Source: Octopus sinensis (lineage: Eukaryota). From it: a stretch of 64,000 nt of DNA. The stretch is taken from positions 20,212,001-20,276,000 of the forward strand of contig NC_043021.1 of NCBI RefSeq assembly GCF_006345805.1. The letters run 5' to 3'. Below the pieces are notes generated by a model, which worked only from the letters and a program-made list of their open reading frames with translations, had not been told where the DNA came from and ran no database searches. This document shows, one piece after another, positions 49,266-63,245 of the stretch. Position 1 is the stretch's first letter. Each line of letters starts with the position of its first letter. The translations under genes and the position numbers were made by a program.

Positions 49266-51036
49266 CTAAACCAAGTTCAGGGAAGCATTGTGTATACTCT
49301 TTTACTTGTTTCAGTCATTTGACTGCGGTCATGCTGGAGCACCGCCTTCAATCAAGCAAATTGACTAAGTACTTATTCTATCGGTCTCTTTTGCCGAACC
49401 GCTAAGTGACGGGGACGTAAACACACCAGCATCAGTTGTCAAGCAATGCTAGGGGGACAAACACGCACACATACATACATATACATATATACGACAGGCT
49501 TCTTTCAGTTTCCGTCTACCAAATCCACTCACAAGGCATTGGTCGGCCCGGGGCTATAGCAGAAGACACTTGCCCAAGATGCCACGCAGCGGGACTGAAC
49601 CCGGAACCATGTGGTTGGTAAACAAGCTACTTACCACACAGCCACTCCTGCGCCTATGTGCGTGTTTATGCATAACTGGGCCCTTTGCCCTTTCCTCCTC
49701 AAGACACCTCCCCATCACTTCTATAACAGCAGCTTTTCCTTGACACCAATAATCTTTCTCACTACATGGAACAGTTTCACTTGATATCCATCTCTCATGC
49801 TTAATACTGCCCCACTCCACACTGATCAACCCCTTTGGCCACCAGATTATCTCTCCTCCTTCTCTACCACCATAGATCTCATTCTTCCCATGCACTACAC
49901 CTGCCTCTCTCTCTCTCTCTCTCCTCCCACTCTTAAAACTTACCCAACCACATTTCATCTCTCCTCTATCTACTGTATCATCATTATTATTCTGCTGCTC
50001 TTCCTCTCCATTCATCATCTGTCAACCATACCACTTATCCACCATTCCACTGTGTCTAATCTCTACAATTTTCACCTACTCTTCCTTATTTATCATACCT
50101 CAATAGCTGTTCTTCATTCATTACGTTCACCCTTTCACCCATTCCCATCTCTCACTCTACCCACACACACTCCTATTTCTTCTGTCCCACTCACTTTTTA
50201 CCTTGCACGTCCACCCAGACATCTCATCACCACTATCTTCATCACTTCCCAGCTAGACCCCCAGTTACCTGCGCCTTCTCTTCTAAAACAGAGTAGCCAC
50301 GTAACTCTTCTACAGCGAAAAAAAACAAAAAAAACCCTAATCTCTACTGAGCCCTTCTCTTGTATTTTGACCCCCATTCCTTGGGGGTCATAGTCTTTCC
50401 AGCTGAATGGTAACCTCACTTGTGCTGGTGACAAAAAAAAAAGAACCCTTCCCTGTACATGCTGTACAGTGGTTGGCATTAGGAAGAGCATCCAACTAGA
50501 GAAATCATACCAAAGTAGACAGTGTAGTATGTCACAGTCCTTGAGCTCCTCATGGATCCTATCACACAATGCAACCCAAATGGAACATCATCGTCATTTG
50601 ATATCCACTTTTCCATGCTTGCATGGGTTGGAGAGAATTTGTTGAGACCAAAACTTTCTGTGGCTGGATTCACTTTCTGTTGCCAACCCTCACCTGTTTC
50701 CAGGTAAGGTGAGGTAATATTCCCCATAACATGACATGCTTTCACAGAAGATTGGAATCAAAGGACACTACTTTACCACTATCACATGATTTCAAGGCAA
50801 GGAGACAGTATCATACACACTTGTTTACATATATGGTAAAAGACACTTGCCCAGGGTGCCAGGAAAGTTGGACTGAAACTGAAAACATGTGGTTGGGAAG
50901 CAAACCTCTTACCACAAAGCAACACCTGTTTGAATTTCAACTTAAGAAGTGCTGTGCAGACCTTGCTATTACCATCATCGAAATCGAAAACACATTCACC
51001 GACAGGCATCCATGCTAGTGAAGTGCTAAGAGTACC

Positions 51037-51256
51037 TATTTCTTTACTACCCACAAGGGGCTAAACACAGAGGGGACAGACATAGGTATTAAGTCGATTA
51101 CATCGACCTCAGTGCGTAACTGGTACTTATTTAATCGACCCCGAAAGGATGAAAGGCAAGGTCAACCTCGGTGGAATTTGAAAACGTAAAGGCAGATGAA
51201 ATACTGCTAAGCATTCCACCCGGCGCGCTAACGTTTCTGCCAGCTCGCCGCTTTAG
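51037..51256 (-). mobile_element. Family B SINE. Other minus copies: 427-820 (partial plus full), 20983-21206, 34243-34474
   Basis: 15-bp TSD agtgctaagagtacc; inserted within an RTE-UTR-like remnant. Confidence 0.9.
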
Positions 51257-52619
51257 AGTGCTAAGAGTACCATCCAAATGTGATCGTTGCCAGAGCAACA
51301 AACTGACTTCCGTGCCAGTGGTACATAAAAAGCACCATTCGAGCGTGATCGTTACCTGCGTGGCACATGAAAAAACATTCAAGCAAAATCATTGCCAGTA
51401 CCACCTGACTGGGCTTCATGCCGGTGGTACGTAAAAGCACCCACTACACTCTCGGAGTGTTTCTACAGCTGGATGCCCTTCCTAACACCAACCACTCCAT
51501 GAGTATAGTGGGTGCTTTTTACGTGCCACCTGCACAGAGGCCAAGGGAGGCTGGCAACGACCACAATTTGTTGGTGCTTTTTATGTGCCGCCAGCACGGA
51601 AGCCAGTCAAGGCTGTGCTGGCATCGGCCACATTCGGATGGTACTTTTTACGTGCCACCAGCACGGGTATCACAACTACAATTTCCAATGCATTTGTATT
51701 ATTGTTGGACAGCAAAAAGAATTTTTCTCTTTCCCCACAAAATAAACAAACAAATAAAAAAAAAGAAACATGAATTCAACCAGGTTTTGTGTGCCAGAAG
51801 TGTGATACTCCATGGAACTACGACGCTAAGATAACATAGAGAGAGGCAAAGAATATTCCTAGCATCGAACAAGAAATAAGTTGGTTACCCTGTTGTGTAG
51901 CAAAGTTGTTGCCTAATTTTCCGAAGTAAGCTTGGGTTTAGCAAATCTGTGACCAAAGATATTCCAACCATGACCATCCAGTCTCATCTTCTAACACTGT
52001 ATCCATGACTACATTGCCCAATGTAGCCTTCCTTTTCTGTTATTTTTTAAAGGATTTGGCTCCTATTTCTAATTGGTCAAGCAACCACAAAGAAGTTTGG
52101 TGGTCTGTTGTTGTCTTGTGTCATAAAGCTTTGTGATCGATGGTAGCCAGGAAAGAGATGGGCTAAGAAAGATACAGAAGAGAGTCATTAGGTAGAACCT
52201 TGGAGTGGCAATAACAACCTCAGGAAACTCAACAAATAAATGACAAAAACAAATTCTGTGATACTTTGAAATGACTTAACCCTTTGGCATTTAAACCTAA
52301 ACCGGCCCAAATATTCTACCCATTTTATGCTCAAACTGGTTAGATCTGGCCTCTCACACCTACCTTACAATGTCGTTCTAAAAAGGTCAGAAGGGAGTAC
52401 AATTCCAGGAGAAAAGGGCATAATAACATTATTTAGATAGGCACACTTCTTTTCTAGAGGGGCACATGCCTCTCAGCCCCCCCCCCCCCGGTCCACCCTG
52501 GGCTTGGCAGATTAATCTGAATGCTAAAAGGTTAATCTTCAGTTACCAAAAACTAACAAAGAATTTCTGGCTTACTTTAGCATAGAATAACAGATAATGA
52601 TAATAATTTCCATCATCAT

Positions 52620-53010
52620 AGGCGCAGGAGTGGCTGTGTGGTAAGTAGCTTGCTAACCAACCACATGGTTCCGGGTTCAGTCCCACTGCGTGGCACCTTG
52701 GGCAAGTGTCTTCTGCTATAGCCTCGGGCCGACCAAAGCCTTGTGAGTGGATTTGGTAGACGGAAACTGAAGGAAGCCCGTTTGCTGGACATTGTTGTAG
52801 AGCTGAAAACGAGGCAATTTCTACACTTCTCCTCTGGAAGCCATCTACTCGCGATACCAGAGGGCGCACACTCTCCTACCCTGATGTAATCTCCAGGGAT
52901 ACAGGCATCCAGCAACAGGACCTCCGTAATGCAATGATGGACCGTGAAGTCTGGCGTAGCATGGTAAATTCCACTGTCTCGACTACAGTCGAACAATGAT
53001 GGTGATGATG
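52620..53010 (+). mobile_element. Chimera: tRNA-SINE 5' half fused to RTE-X-like LINE 3' end
   Basis: Family A SINE sequence to 52780, then LINE sequence matching 48528-48750 with its ATG-repeat tail. Confidence 0.85.
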
Positions 53011-53169
53011 GTTGGTTGGTTGGTAGATATTAAAAAAGAAATCAAATAATAACCTTCATTCTATCTATCTATGATCAAGGAGATGTTAACTTTGTCATTA
53101 TTTATGTTAATGTATGGATCATAAATTAACATGAAATTTTGATGAGAAGTTTTAAATAAGACCACTTTA

Positions 53170-53387
53170 TGAGAGGTTGTGAAAAGTTCCTGGTTTTGGG
53201 TAAAAGAAAATACAGAAGAATCAGTTAATTATGATTTTATTGAACATATTCCCCTCTCAGATATTGATACACTTATTGCAGTGGTCCTTCAGTTTTTCTA
53301 AGACCTGTAAAAGAACTCGGAAGGTTAGGCCTCCAACGAGGCTTTTCATGAAACCCTCAAAGCCAGGAACCTTTCAGCACCCCCTTG
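53170..53387. mobile_element. Mariner-derived MITE
   Basis: TA-flanked imperfect TIRs gagaggttgtgaaaagttcctgg / ccaggaacctttcagcaccccctt. Confidence 0.75.
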
Positions 53388-54543
53388 TAAAACAAGAACC
53401 TGTACCATAGAATCAATGGCAGTCACAGAAGGTTTGATATCAAAAGGGTTAAACTGGGAAAACAATTAAGCCTATTACTCAAGAATTTGCAAGTGAGAGG
53501 TGTCAACTAACTCAACAAACGAAACAGGAACGGTGTCAGTCTTCGAAAACTGAAGAAGCTAAAATAACCAGTTAAACTTGTTCTGGTTTGTATTTAACAG
53601 TGAATAATGTAAATAGAAATGAGATGATTTTAAAGATTAGAGCCTAATTAGTAAGGTAAATTAACACAGTCACGTTATGTAGTAATGATTAGTGTCTCCT
53701 GGGGAGTCACTTGTCATATGTTCAGATTATATGTAAGACCAGCTTCTTCAGATATGACTATTGCTCTACTTAGAAAGCTTCTAGATGGCTGCTAGAAATA
53801 GCAGCCAAATCTCCATCAAATCACACTCTACTGATTTAAATAAGGGAAGAACATGTTAGATAATGTAGTCTTAACCCCTAAAAAAAGATGGGATGATCAA
53901 GGGTTGAATGTGCTTGACCATAAATCTGTCTGTTTATAAAGAGTTGATTTAGGATTAAACAACTTATTCCAGCAAAGAGACCTCTATGTGGCTGCTCGAT
54001 CTGCTATAAACAGCAGCCAAAATCCACTTGAAATCACACCTTACTGCCTTGCATAAAGAAAAGACTGTTGGATCATAATTTTTATGTATCCCTAAAAAGG
54101 CAAGATGGCCAAGGCTGGATCACAGGTCTGCTTAAGCAGGGTTGATTTGAATCTAAACAACTGTTTGATCATCTGACCTCCTAGAAACTGCAGCCACAAA
54201 TTGCATCCTGCTGCTTTAACCCTTTTGTTACCATTTTTCAGTTGAAAACCACACAACCTTTGTTTGAATTAACTTAGAAAATAATGAAGAATTTAGTATA
54301 ATGACTGTCATATTAAGTTAGTGTTTGGAACATAATTTAATCTGTAATATTAGTTCTTAATTTTGGCACAAGGCCAGCAATTTCAGGAGAGGGTTACGTC
54401 AATTACATCAACCCCAGCGCTCAACTGGTACCTATTTTACTGATTCCAGCAGAATTTCAACTAAGAATGTAAAAACAAATGTAAGAAATGTGGCTAAACA
54501 TTTCACCCAGCATGCTAATGGTTCTGCCAACTCACTGCCTTAA

Positions 54544-54763
54544 CCCTTTAGCATTCAAACCGGCCATATCCGGCCAAAATATTTAACCTGTTTTATATTG
54601 AAACTGACCAGATCTCGCCTCTCACCTCAGCCCTACCATGTCATTCTAAAACTGAAAAATCACATCACTGAAATCTCTAAACTACAAGATAATGCATGAT
54701 TGATTCAAACCATTTTAAATAAACAAACTTCACATTTGACAGAATAATCTGAACACTAAAGGG
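54544..54763. mobile_element. piggyBac-like MITE (TTAA|CCCTTT...AAAGGG|TTAA); relatives at 52280-52531 and 59731-59918
   Basis: TTAA target duplication and CCC/GGG termini. Confidence 0.8.
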
Positions 54764-57020
54764 TTAATTTAATATGAAATATTAATGGAAAGTCTTAAAT
54801 GAATATCACTTTAGAACAGGAATTTTGTATCATAGAAACAAGGGCAGGGACAGGCATGTTAGCATCAAAATGGTTAAAAAGAAAGAGGGGACATTGGACA
54901 ATGTAGTCCTAGATAGACGAAAAGCTGTGATGGTGGGATGGTCGAGGTTGGTATGATTTGGATCATAGGTAGGTCTGCTCAAACACAGCAGACCTGAGGC
55001 TAAATGAAACAAACAACTTGTTCCAATTTGCACCAAAATAATAACTAATAATTCAACATGATAAACGGTTACAGTGAAGAACCTGTTGAGAAGGTAGAGA
55101 GACTTCTAAAAGATTAGAACTTCCATAGGTGCAGGCAATGGCGTGTGGTAAGAAGCTTGGTTCCCAACACATGGTTTTGGGTTCAGTCCCAATGCATGGC
55201 ACCTTGGGCAAGTATCTTCTACATCTGACCTACTAGAAACTGCAGCCATAAATTGCATCCTACTGCTTTAACCCTACCAGTGATGTTGCAACTCATTTCT
55301 ACAGCTGAGTGGACTGGAGCAATATGAAATAAAGTGTCTTGCTCAAGAGCACAACACACAGCCAGGTCTAGGAATCAAACTCACTACCTCATGACTGTGA
55401 GTGCAGTGCTCTAACCACTGAGCCATGCACCTTCTTATATATGTCTGAATAAAAGGCAGAATTATTTCAAGCTGACCGAAGCCTTGAGTGGAATTAGTAG
55501 ATGGAAACGGAAATAACCCTGTTGTGTGTGTGTGTGTTTTCATGTTAGTCCCCACCACGATTTGAAAACCACTGCCACTTAGCAGTTGGGCCAATAGAAC
55601 AAGCACTAGGATTTAAAAAGTAAGTATGGGCGCAGGAGTGGCTGTGTGGTAAGTAGCTTGCTAACCAACCACATGGTTCCGGGTTCAGTCCCACTGCTAT
55701 AGCCCCGGGCCTTGTGAGTGGATTTGGTAGACGGAAACTGAAAGAAGCCTGTCGTATATATGTGTGTGTGTGTATTTGTCCCCCTAGCATTGCTTGACAA
55801 CCGATGCTAGTGTGTTTACGTCCCCGTCACGTAGCGGTTCGGCAAAAAGAGACCGATAGAATAAGTACTGAGCTTACAAAGAATAAGTCCCGGGGTCGAT
55901 TTGCTCGACTAAAGGCGATGCTCCAGCATGGCCGCAGTCAAATGACTGAAACAAGCACAAGGGGTCGATTTGTTCGGCTAAATCCCTTCAAGGAGATGCC
56001 CCAGTATGGCCACAGTTTAATGACTCAAACAAGTAAAGGATAAAACCCTGTAATTCAACCTGATAAACCTAATGGGTAGAGAGGAAGGAGAACCAGCCGT
56101 GAAGGTAACACAAACTTCAAAAGATTTAGACTTTCACAACAGTTCAGCTACTGTTATTATAGAAAAAAATAAATAAGTGGATTTAAAAAAATTTATTATC
56201 AGAATTCACATTCCACAACAATGTCCATGTACTAATTTCTTATCTGGCCAGATAAAACTAGTTCAATAATTCTTTTGACTATATACTAGGTGGAAAGCAT
56301 TTTAAAAAAGGTCAGAAGTTTGTTACACTTAGAAATGTCTTGAATGAACTGTTTTGAATACTGCATGAACTTAGCATTGATTTAATGTTCTTTGTGATTG
56401 TGTAACAAGCAAATATTTGCCATGTGTACGGTCATACGCTCAAACTTGGATCAAACCTTCAGTCAATCATCATCGTTTAGCGTCTGCTTTCCATGCTAGC
56501 ATGGGTTGGACGGTTCGACCGGGGTCTGGGAAACCAGGAGGCTGCACCAGGCTCCATTCTGATCTGGCAGTGTTTCTACAGCTGGATGCCCTTCCTAACG
56601 CCAACCACTCCGAGAGTGTAGTGGGTGCTTTTTACGTGCTACCAGCACTGGTGCCAGGGGATATTCTACATATGATTTTCTAAGGGGTGGAGGCACATGG
56701 CTTAGTGATTAAGGGCGTTGCATTCATGATTGCAGTTTCAATTCCTGGATCAGGCAACTCATTGTTATTGAGCAAAATACTTTATTTCACATTGTTTCAG
56801 TTCACTCAGCTGGAAAAAAATGAGTAATCCTGCAATGGACTGGTGCCCTGTCCAGGTGGGGAACATATAAACCAGGAAACCATGAAACTAGCCCTATGGG
56901 TCTACATGACTTGGCAATGAACTTTACTTCTTAATTTTACTTTCTGAGGGACTGTGGTCTATTGGATAAAACAAATTAAGCATGTTCCCTTTTAACTACC
57001 AATTGCTGTTCATTTCACAG

Positions 57021-57084
57021 ACTTCTACACAGAGTGAACTTTGCTAAAGAGACCCAAAAGCTAAGTAGTTTGATGTTAAACCAG
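57021..57084 (+). other. Candidate isolated exon of an unidentified plus-strand gene
   Basis: Acceptor tgttcatttcacag|, donor CAG|GTAAGA; 64 nt with one open frame (xLLHRVNFAKETQKLSSLMLNQ) in non-repetitive DNA. Confidence 0.3.
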
Positions 57085-58964
57085 GTAAGATTGACTCTAC
57101 TACAGACACAGCCTGTCTCATGGAGTTCCACATAGCACATGTTTAACCCTTTTGTTACCATATTTCTGTAAAATAACTGAGTTATCATAAAGCTGGTGCT
57201 TAAAATAATGTGGAAGGTTTAAATTTAGACCACTTGAAAATAGGAAGGTTGTATTAGAAAATCAGGGCTGCTCCCAAACGGGGTTGATATAGAAAGAGGC
57301 CAAACTAGGATTTGGTAGAAGACACTGGAATCAGACTTGGATCTACACAACCATGCTTGTATAGGAATATGTATTTTCCTTAGTGATATAATAACACTTT
57401 ATACAGATTTCGCTCTGCTTTATAAAACAACAACAAGCAGATATTAAAGGATGATGATAAAGCAGATAACATTCTATAGAAAGAGTTATTACATCACTAG
57501 TAAAAATACACATTGCTAAACAGGCATGGCTATGTAAGTAATAGCCAAATCTGATTCCAGTGTCTTCTAGCATACTCTCAATTCCATTCAAGAATTGTGA
57601 AGGAAACTCGTTTGACCCTTTCGATACCAACCTTCCCGAGACCACTCCTGATTTTCTGATACGAAACAAACTTCCTGTTTTAAAAGTGATTTTAATAAAA
57701 ACCTTCCCTCAATGTTCCAAACACCATTTCAATAACCCTTTAGCAATTTAATCCAATGACTCTCAACCGGGGTCCATATGACATTTAAGGGCTCATATAA
57801 GATTTTGTTGTTAAAATCTATAAACAATAAATTAGTTATACTTCTACACTACTTAAAATATTAAATATTTTTTATTATACAATTCCTAATAATATTTAAT
57901 TATAAAAATATAATAAGGTTTTTAAAACATTGAATGGCTATGAGGGTCCAACTGAGCAAAATACGAATCAAAGGAGTCCTTAGGTAAAAAATGGTTGAGG
58001 ACCTCCAATTTAATATTCTGGCTCAAATATTCTACCTGTTTTATGTTCAAACTAACCAGATCTGGCTTCTCACACCTACCCTTGAATGTCTTTCTAAAAA
58101 TAAACAATCACATCATCAAAATCTCAAAGTTATGAGATAATACATGATTAATTCTAAACAATGTGAATAAATAAGCATTTGCCAGCGCTGCCGGACTGGC
58201 TCCTGTGCAAGGTGGCACGTAAAAAGCACCATTTGAGCGCGGCCGATGCCACTACCACCTGACTGGCCCTCATGGTGGTGGTACGTAAAAGTATCCACTA
58301 CACTCTCGGAGTGGTTGGTGTTACGAAGGGCATCCAGCTGTAGAAACTTTGCCAGATTAGATTGGAGCCTGGTGCAGCCTTTTGGCTTGCCAGCCCTCAG
58401 TCAAACCGTCCAACCCATGCCAGCAGGGAAAGCAGACGATGATGATGACGATACATTAGACAAAGTAATCTAGATGCTGAAGGGTTAATGATACTTTACA
58501 AAATTCTTTGCTACTTCCAAAATTAATTGAAACAAAAGCAAGGCATTGAAGCAGAAATATGGCAACAAAGGTATTAACATTGATAAAGTTACATGGCTAA
58601 GTTCTTTGTTATTTATCAAAATTAACTGAAATAAAAGTAGTGTATCTTAACAGAAATATGGTGGCAAAAGGGTTAAACAGGTAATCCACATAACTCCATA
58701 ACTTGTACGGATTACCTGTTTAATTCCTTTGTGTTCTCTTATTCACAACATCACAAGTCAATGATATATATTGGGATGTCAGAGAAATTTGTTTGTTTCC
58801 TTCCAATGTTATTTGAATTAATATGAAATATATGTTTTTTTTATAGTGGTTTATGTGTTCTTTTTTTGTTTTGTTTTCGTAGTTCTATTTTTCTTGTACA
58901 ACTTTTGCTTATCACTTTTGAAATTTGAATAAATTTTATCTCTTTTCAGACATATAACGATGAA

Positions 58965-59625
58965 GTGCTAAGTAGAAAAAAAAAGAACCCCAACTATTTT
59001 CAACACCTGCCTCTCATTGTTTTCAATCAAGGTTCCAAAGCTATGAAAGACACTCAAGACATTTATGTTGTGTACAAAGATGGTGCTATTACTGAAAGAA
59101 CAGCTCAGAAATGGTTTTCACACTTCAAGGAAGGGAAATTCAACCCCACAGACTGCCCACATTCTGACCAACATGTTCAGTTCAATGAGGATCCGTTGAA
59201 CAAAATCATCCAAAAGGATCCGCACCAATCCACCAGGAAACCAGTCCAGGAGATGGGATGCTTTCAAGACCCTACAACTCATCACATTCACTCAATGTTG
59301 TTTGTTCCTCCTCGAGCCATGCCTGGCTCATAAGGGCCGGTTTCCCGGTTTCTTGGCGTATAGGTTCCCCACCTGGACAGGATGCCGGTCCGTCACAGGT
59401 GAGCTGCACGATGCAGGAGGAAAGAGTGAGAAAAAGTTGTGGCAAAAGAATCAGCAGAAGTTCACCATTACCTTCTGCCGGAGCTGCGTGGGGCTTAGGT
59501 GTTTCGCTCATAAACACACACATCACCCGGTCTGAGATTTGAACCCACAATCCCTCGACCTTGAGTCCGCTGCTCTAACCACTAGGCCATGTGCCTCCAC
59601 ACATTCACTCAATAGGTAAGGTCCT
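58965..59625 (+). mobile_element. Decayed mariner transposase N-terminal HTH region, interrupted by a SINE at 59297-59599
   Basis: FNQGSKA..IYVVYKDGAITERTAQKWFSHFKEGKF..D.PHSD..FNED.L..DPHQSTR..HIHS|IGKV. The SINE has a 14-bp TSD, cacattcactcaat. Confidence 0.88.
59297..59599 (-). mobile_element. Family C tRNA-derived SINE. Relatives: 18384-18690 (+), 23047-23300 (-), 32864-33105 (+), 33504-33735 (+), 56685-56920 (+)
   Basis: Pol III A box TGGCCTAGTGGTTAG and B box GGTTCAAATC; shared ggactggc..tgtccaggtgggg segment; 14-bp TSD. Confidence 0.88.
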
Positions 59626-60252
59626 GTGATTTCTACCATCAAGGCATTGACAAGAAGTTGTAAACAATGAAGGAGAATAGATATCTGACTGGTTTGTTAA
59701 AATTGTTGATGGAAAAAAAAAAGGGATCAACCCTTTAACATTCAACTTACTTCATATTCTTTTAAATTAATCACTCATTATCTTCTAGTTTTAAAATTTT
59801 GATGATATGATTGTGTATTTTTAGAATGACATTGTAGGGTAGGTGTGAGAAGCCAGATCTGGCTGGTTTAAACAAAAAAATATTTGGCCCAGATATGGCC
59901 AGTTTAAATGCTAAAGGGTTAAAATAATGGAAAAAAAACTTATCTGACAGCCCAATACTACAAGGAAATAATGTGAAACAGATGTAGTTTAAAACCGTAC
60001 CAAAGACTTAAATAAAGGGGTTTACCTTAAAGCTCAGTAACTCTAATCAGACAAATATTTTTAGTAGCATGTTGGTGCTTAATCCCAAGTCAACCCTGAA
60101 TGAGCAGATATAGGATCAAAGGCTTCCCGTATATGACCCTACAGTCTTGTCTTTTGATAGGACACAGACATAGGAGCCTGGTGCAGTCTGCCGACTTGTT
60201 GGTTCCTGTTGAACTGTTCAACCTAGGCCAGCACGGAAAAAAGAGACATTAA

Positions 60253-60726
60253 CCCCTTTTGTTACTGTATTTATTTTGAGATGCTCCGTATTTCTTTCAA
60301 TTACTTTAAATATAACAAAGAATTTAGTAAAATAACTTAGTTATCATTCAGCTAGTGTTAGGAACATAAATTGTGACTAAGGTTTGGTGGAAGATTTTAA
60401 TTCAGAACTTTTGAAAACAAGACATTTGTACTCAGAGCCGGAGCCGGTTTCAGCTGGGTTGGTATCAAAAGGGTTAAGGATTGTTTCTCTATTATATATT
60501 TTAACCTTTTTCTTACCATATTTCTGTTGAGATGCTCTGTGTTTCTTTCAATTAATTTTAAATATAACAAAGAATTTAGTAAAATAACTTAGTTATCGTT
60601 CAGCTAGTGTTAGGAACATAAATTGTGACTAAGGTTTGGTGGAAGATTTTAATTCAAAACTTACAAAAACAAGACATTTGTACTACAGAGCCAGAGCCGG
60701 TTTCAGCCGGGTTGGTAACGAAAGGG
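60253..60726. mobile_element. Two tandem piggyBac-like MITEs of a second family (60253-60473, 60505-60726)
   Basis: TTAA flanks, CCC(T)TT..AAAGGG ends, near-identical internal sequence. Confidence 0.82.
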
Positions 60727-61673
60727 TTAAATGATGACGATGATTATGATGCCTCATATTAAAGAGATTATTGACAAAATGTTGGCTTCAATGTATGAGA
60801 ACCTAAAAATGTAAGCATCAGCTGGAAATTCAATCTATTTTCATTGTTTGATGTTTTAGTATATCACCATTATGCTTGTAGCCTGTACTAACCTTTCCCT
60901 ATTGTTTAAAAAAAAGTTAGGAATGAAAGTTGTTTTGTAATAAGCACTTAAATAAATAAATTAAATGAATTGATATCCGTTTTTTTTTTTTTTTTAATAT
61001 TTGAAAATTCCTATCATTCTTAAGTTATGATCAAATATTAAAAAAATGTTTTGGAAACCAAATAGCCAAACAAGGAAGGAAGGAGTGGAGGGCGCAGTTC
61101 TATAACAATCTAACTCATTCGGCAGAGGTTGACAGTTAATCAAAATGATATGATAATTATACATTTAAATAAATCAATGAAAAATTTTATTGGAAAAAAG
61201 GAAGGAAAGCACTCCATATTAAAAGAAACAAATCAATAATATTATCACAATATTTTGTTAATCAAAATACTTTCTTCTATTCCTAAAATATGACTAAGAA
61301 ATAATTGATATTAGTCATTTTTTAAATAATTTTGTTATGAAAGATGGAAGACGAAGTAACCTTCATATGCACTGTTGGTTTATATGCTTTGGTTAGGTGG
61401 AGGATCACTAATAAAACCATTCACACACACACACAGACAGGTATATAGATAGATAGATAGATAGGCAATAAGAACAGTCATGGCTGAGTGGTAAGAAATT
61501 TGCTTCCCAGCCATATGGTTCCAGGTTCAATCCCAGTAAGTGGCATGTTATGCAAGTGTTTTCTGCTATCGTTCTGGGCTGACCCAAGTCTTGTTAGTGA
61601 ATTTGGTAATCAGAAACTAAAAGAAGCCTGAATTATATACACATATGTGTGTGTGTGTGTGTGTGTGTGTTAA

Positions 61674-62003
61674 CCCTTTTAATACCAACCTGGCTGAAAT
61701 CGCCCCTGGCTCTGTAGTACAAATGTCTTGAATTAAAATCTTCCACCAAACCTTAGTCACAATTCATGTTCCTAACACCAGCTGAATGATAACTAAGTTA
61801 TTTTACTAAATTCTTTGTTATATTTAAAGTAATTGAAAGAAACACAGAGCATCTCAACAAAAATATGGTAACAAAAGGGTTAACAAATGATTAATTTAAC
61901 CCTTTCGATACCAACCCGGCTGAAACCGGCTCTGGCTCTGTAATACAAATCTCTTGTTTTCATAAGTTTTGAATTAAAATCTTCCACTAAACCTTAGTCA
62001 CAT
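61674..62003. mobile_element. Two further copies of the same MITE in reverse orientation (61674-61879; 61900-62003 truncated)
   Basis: Reverse complement of 60253-60726; TTAA flanks. Confidence 0.82.
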
Positions 62004-63184
62004 AAAAAGTGGCACGTAAAAAGCACCCACTACACTCTCAGAGTGGTTGGCATTAGGAAGGGCATCCAGCTGTAGAAACTCTGCCAGATCAAGACTGGAG
62101 CTTGGTGCAGCCATCTGGTTTGCCAGCCCACAGTCAAACCGTCCAACCCATGCCAGCATGGAAAGCGGACGTTAAACGACGACGATGATGATGATGATTG
62201 AAACGACTCTCATTAGCTCAGGTGAAGGTAGTTGTCAAGTAATGTGATGAATGACAGCTATTTATTTGTGATAAAACCTGCAGCATTGATTTCTTCTGCC
62301 TCTGACAACACATCATAACTTTTTTTGTCTCATTTAATAATCAATACTGTCAACCATCATATAAAGATTTAATCATTTTACTAACAACTACAATAACAAC
62401 AACAAACATGAATTTGATTGTTTTTTAATGAATCTGCATTTGTAGTTTGTACTTAGTTTGAAATAAAGAAGAGTTGGCAGTAAGAAGAAAATTAATTATT
62501 TAGGCGCAGGAGTGGCTGTGTAGTAAATAGCTTGCTTACCAACCACATGGTTCCGGGTTCAGTCCCACTGCATGGCACCTTAGGGCAAGTGTCTTCTACT
62601 ATAGCCTTGGGCTGACCAAAGCCTTGTGAGTGGATTTGGTAGACGGAAACTGAAAGAAGCCCGTTGTATATATGTACATATATATATATGTGTATGTATA
62701 TGTGTGTGCATGCTTGTGTATCTGTGTTTGGCACCTACTCCAACATCGTTTGACAACCAATGCTGGTGTGAGAAATAAAAGAGAAATAAAAGAGAAACAC
62801 CCATAAATTTGTCTACAAACCATAATTCTAATTCTATATTAAAGAAATACAGGTGTCTGTGCACAACTCTTCTAAACAAGCTATACCAATTACAAGTTCA
62901 CAATCACACCACAATATCAGTAGACCTGACTTAAATAAATAAACTGAATGGAAGGAGAAAGAAAAAGTGAAATGTACTGATGTGTGTGTGTGTGTGTACA
63001 CAACATTTTGATCCGATTAGGCACAGGAGTGGCTGTGTGGTAAGTAGCTTGCTAACCAACCACATGGTTCCGGGTTCAGTCCCACTGTGTGGCACCTTGG
63101 GCAAGTGTCTTCTGCTGTAGCCCCGGGCCGACCAATGCCTTGTGAGTGGATTTGGTAGACAGAAACTGAAAGAAGCCTGTCATA

Positions 63185-63245
<61 letters not shown>

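Noticed and set aside
49554-50569. ORFs of 123-198 aa over a purine/pyrimidine-skewed tract
   Set aside because: Low-complexity, strand-biased sequence without motifs or convincing splice sites; probably a decayed repeat.
53453-53575. Short open frame with ERCQ repeated twice
   Set aside because: Bounded by a MITE TTAA stop, with no start or acceptor and no homology I recognise.
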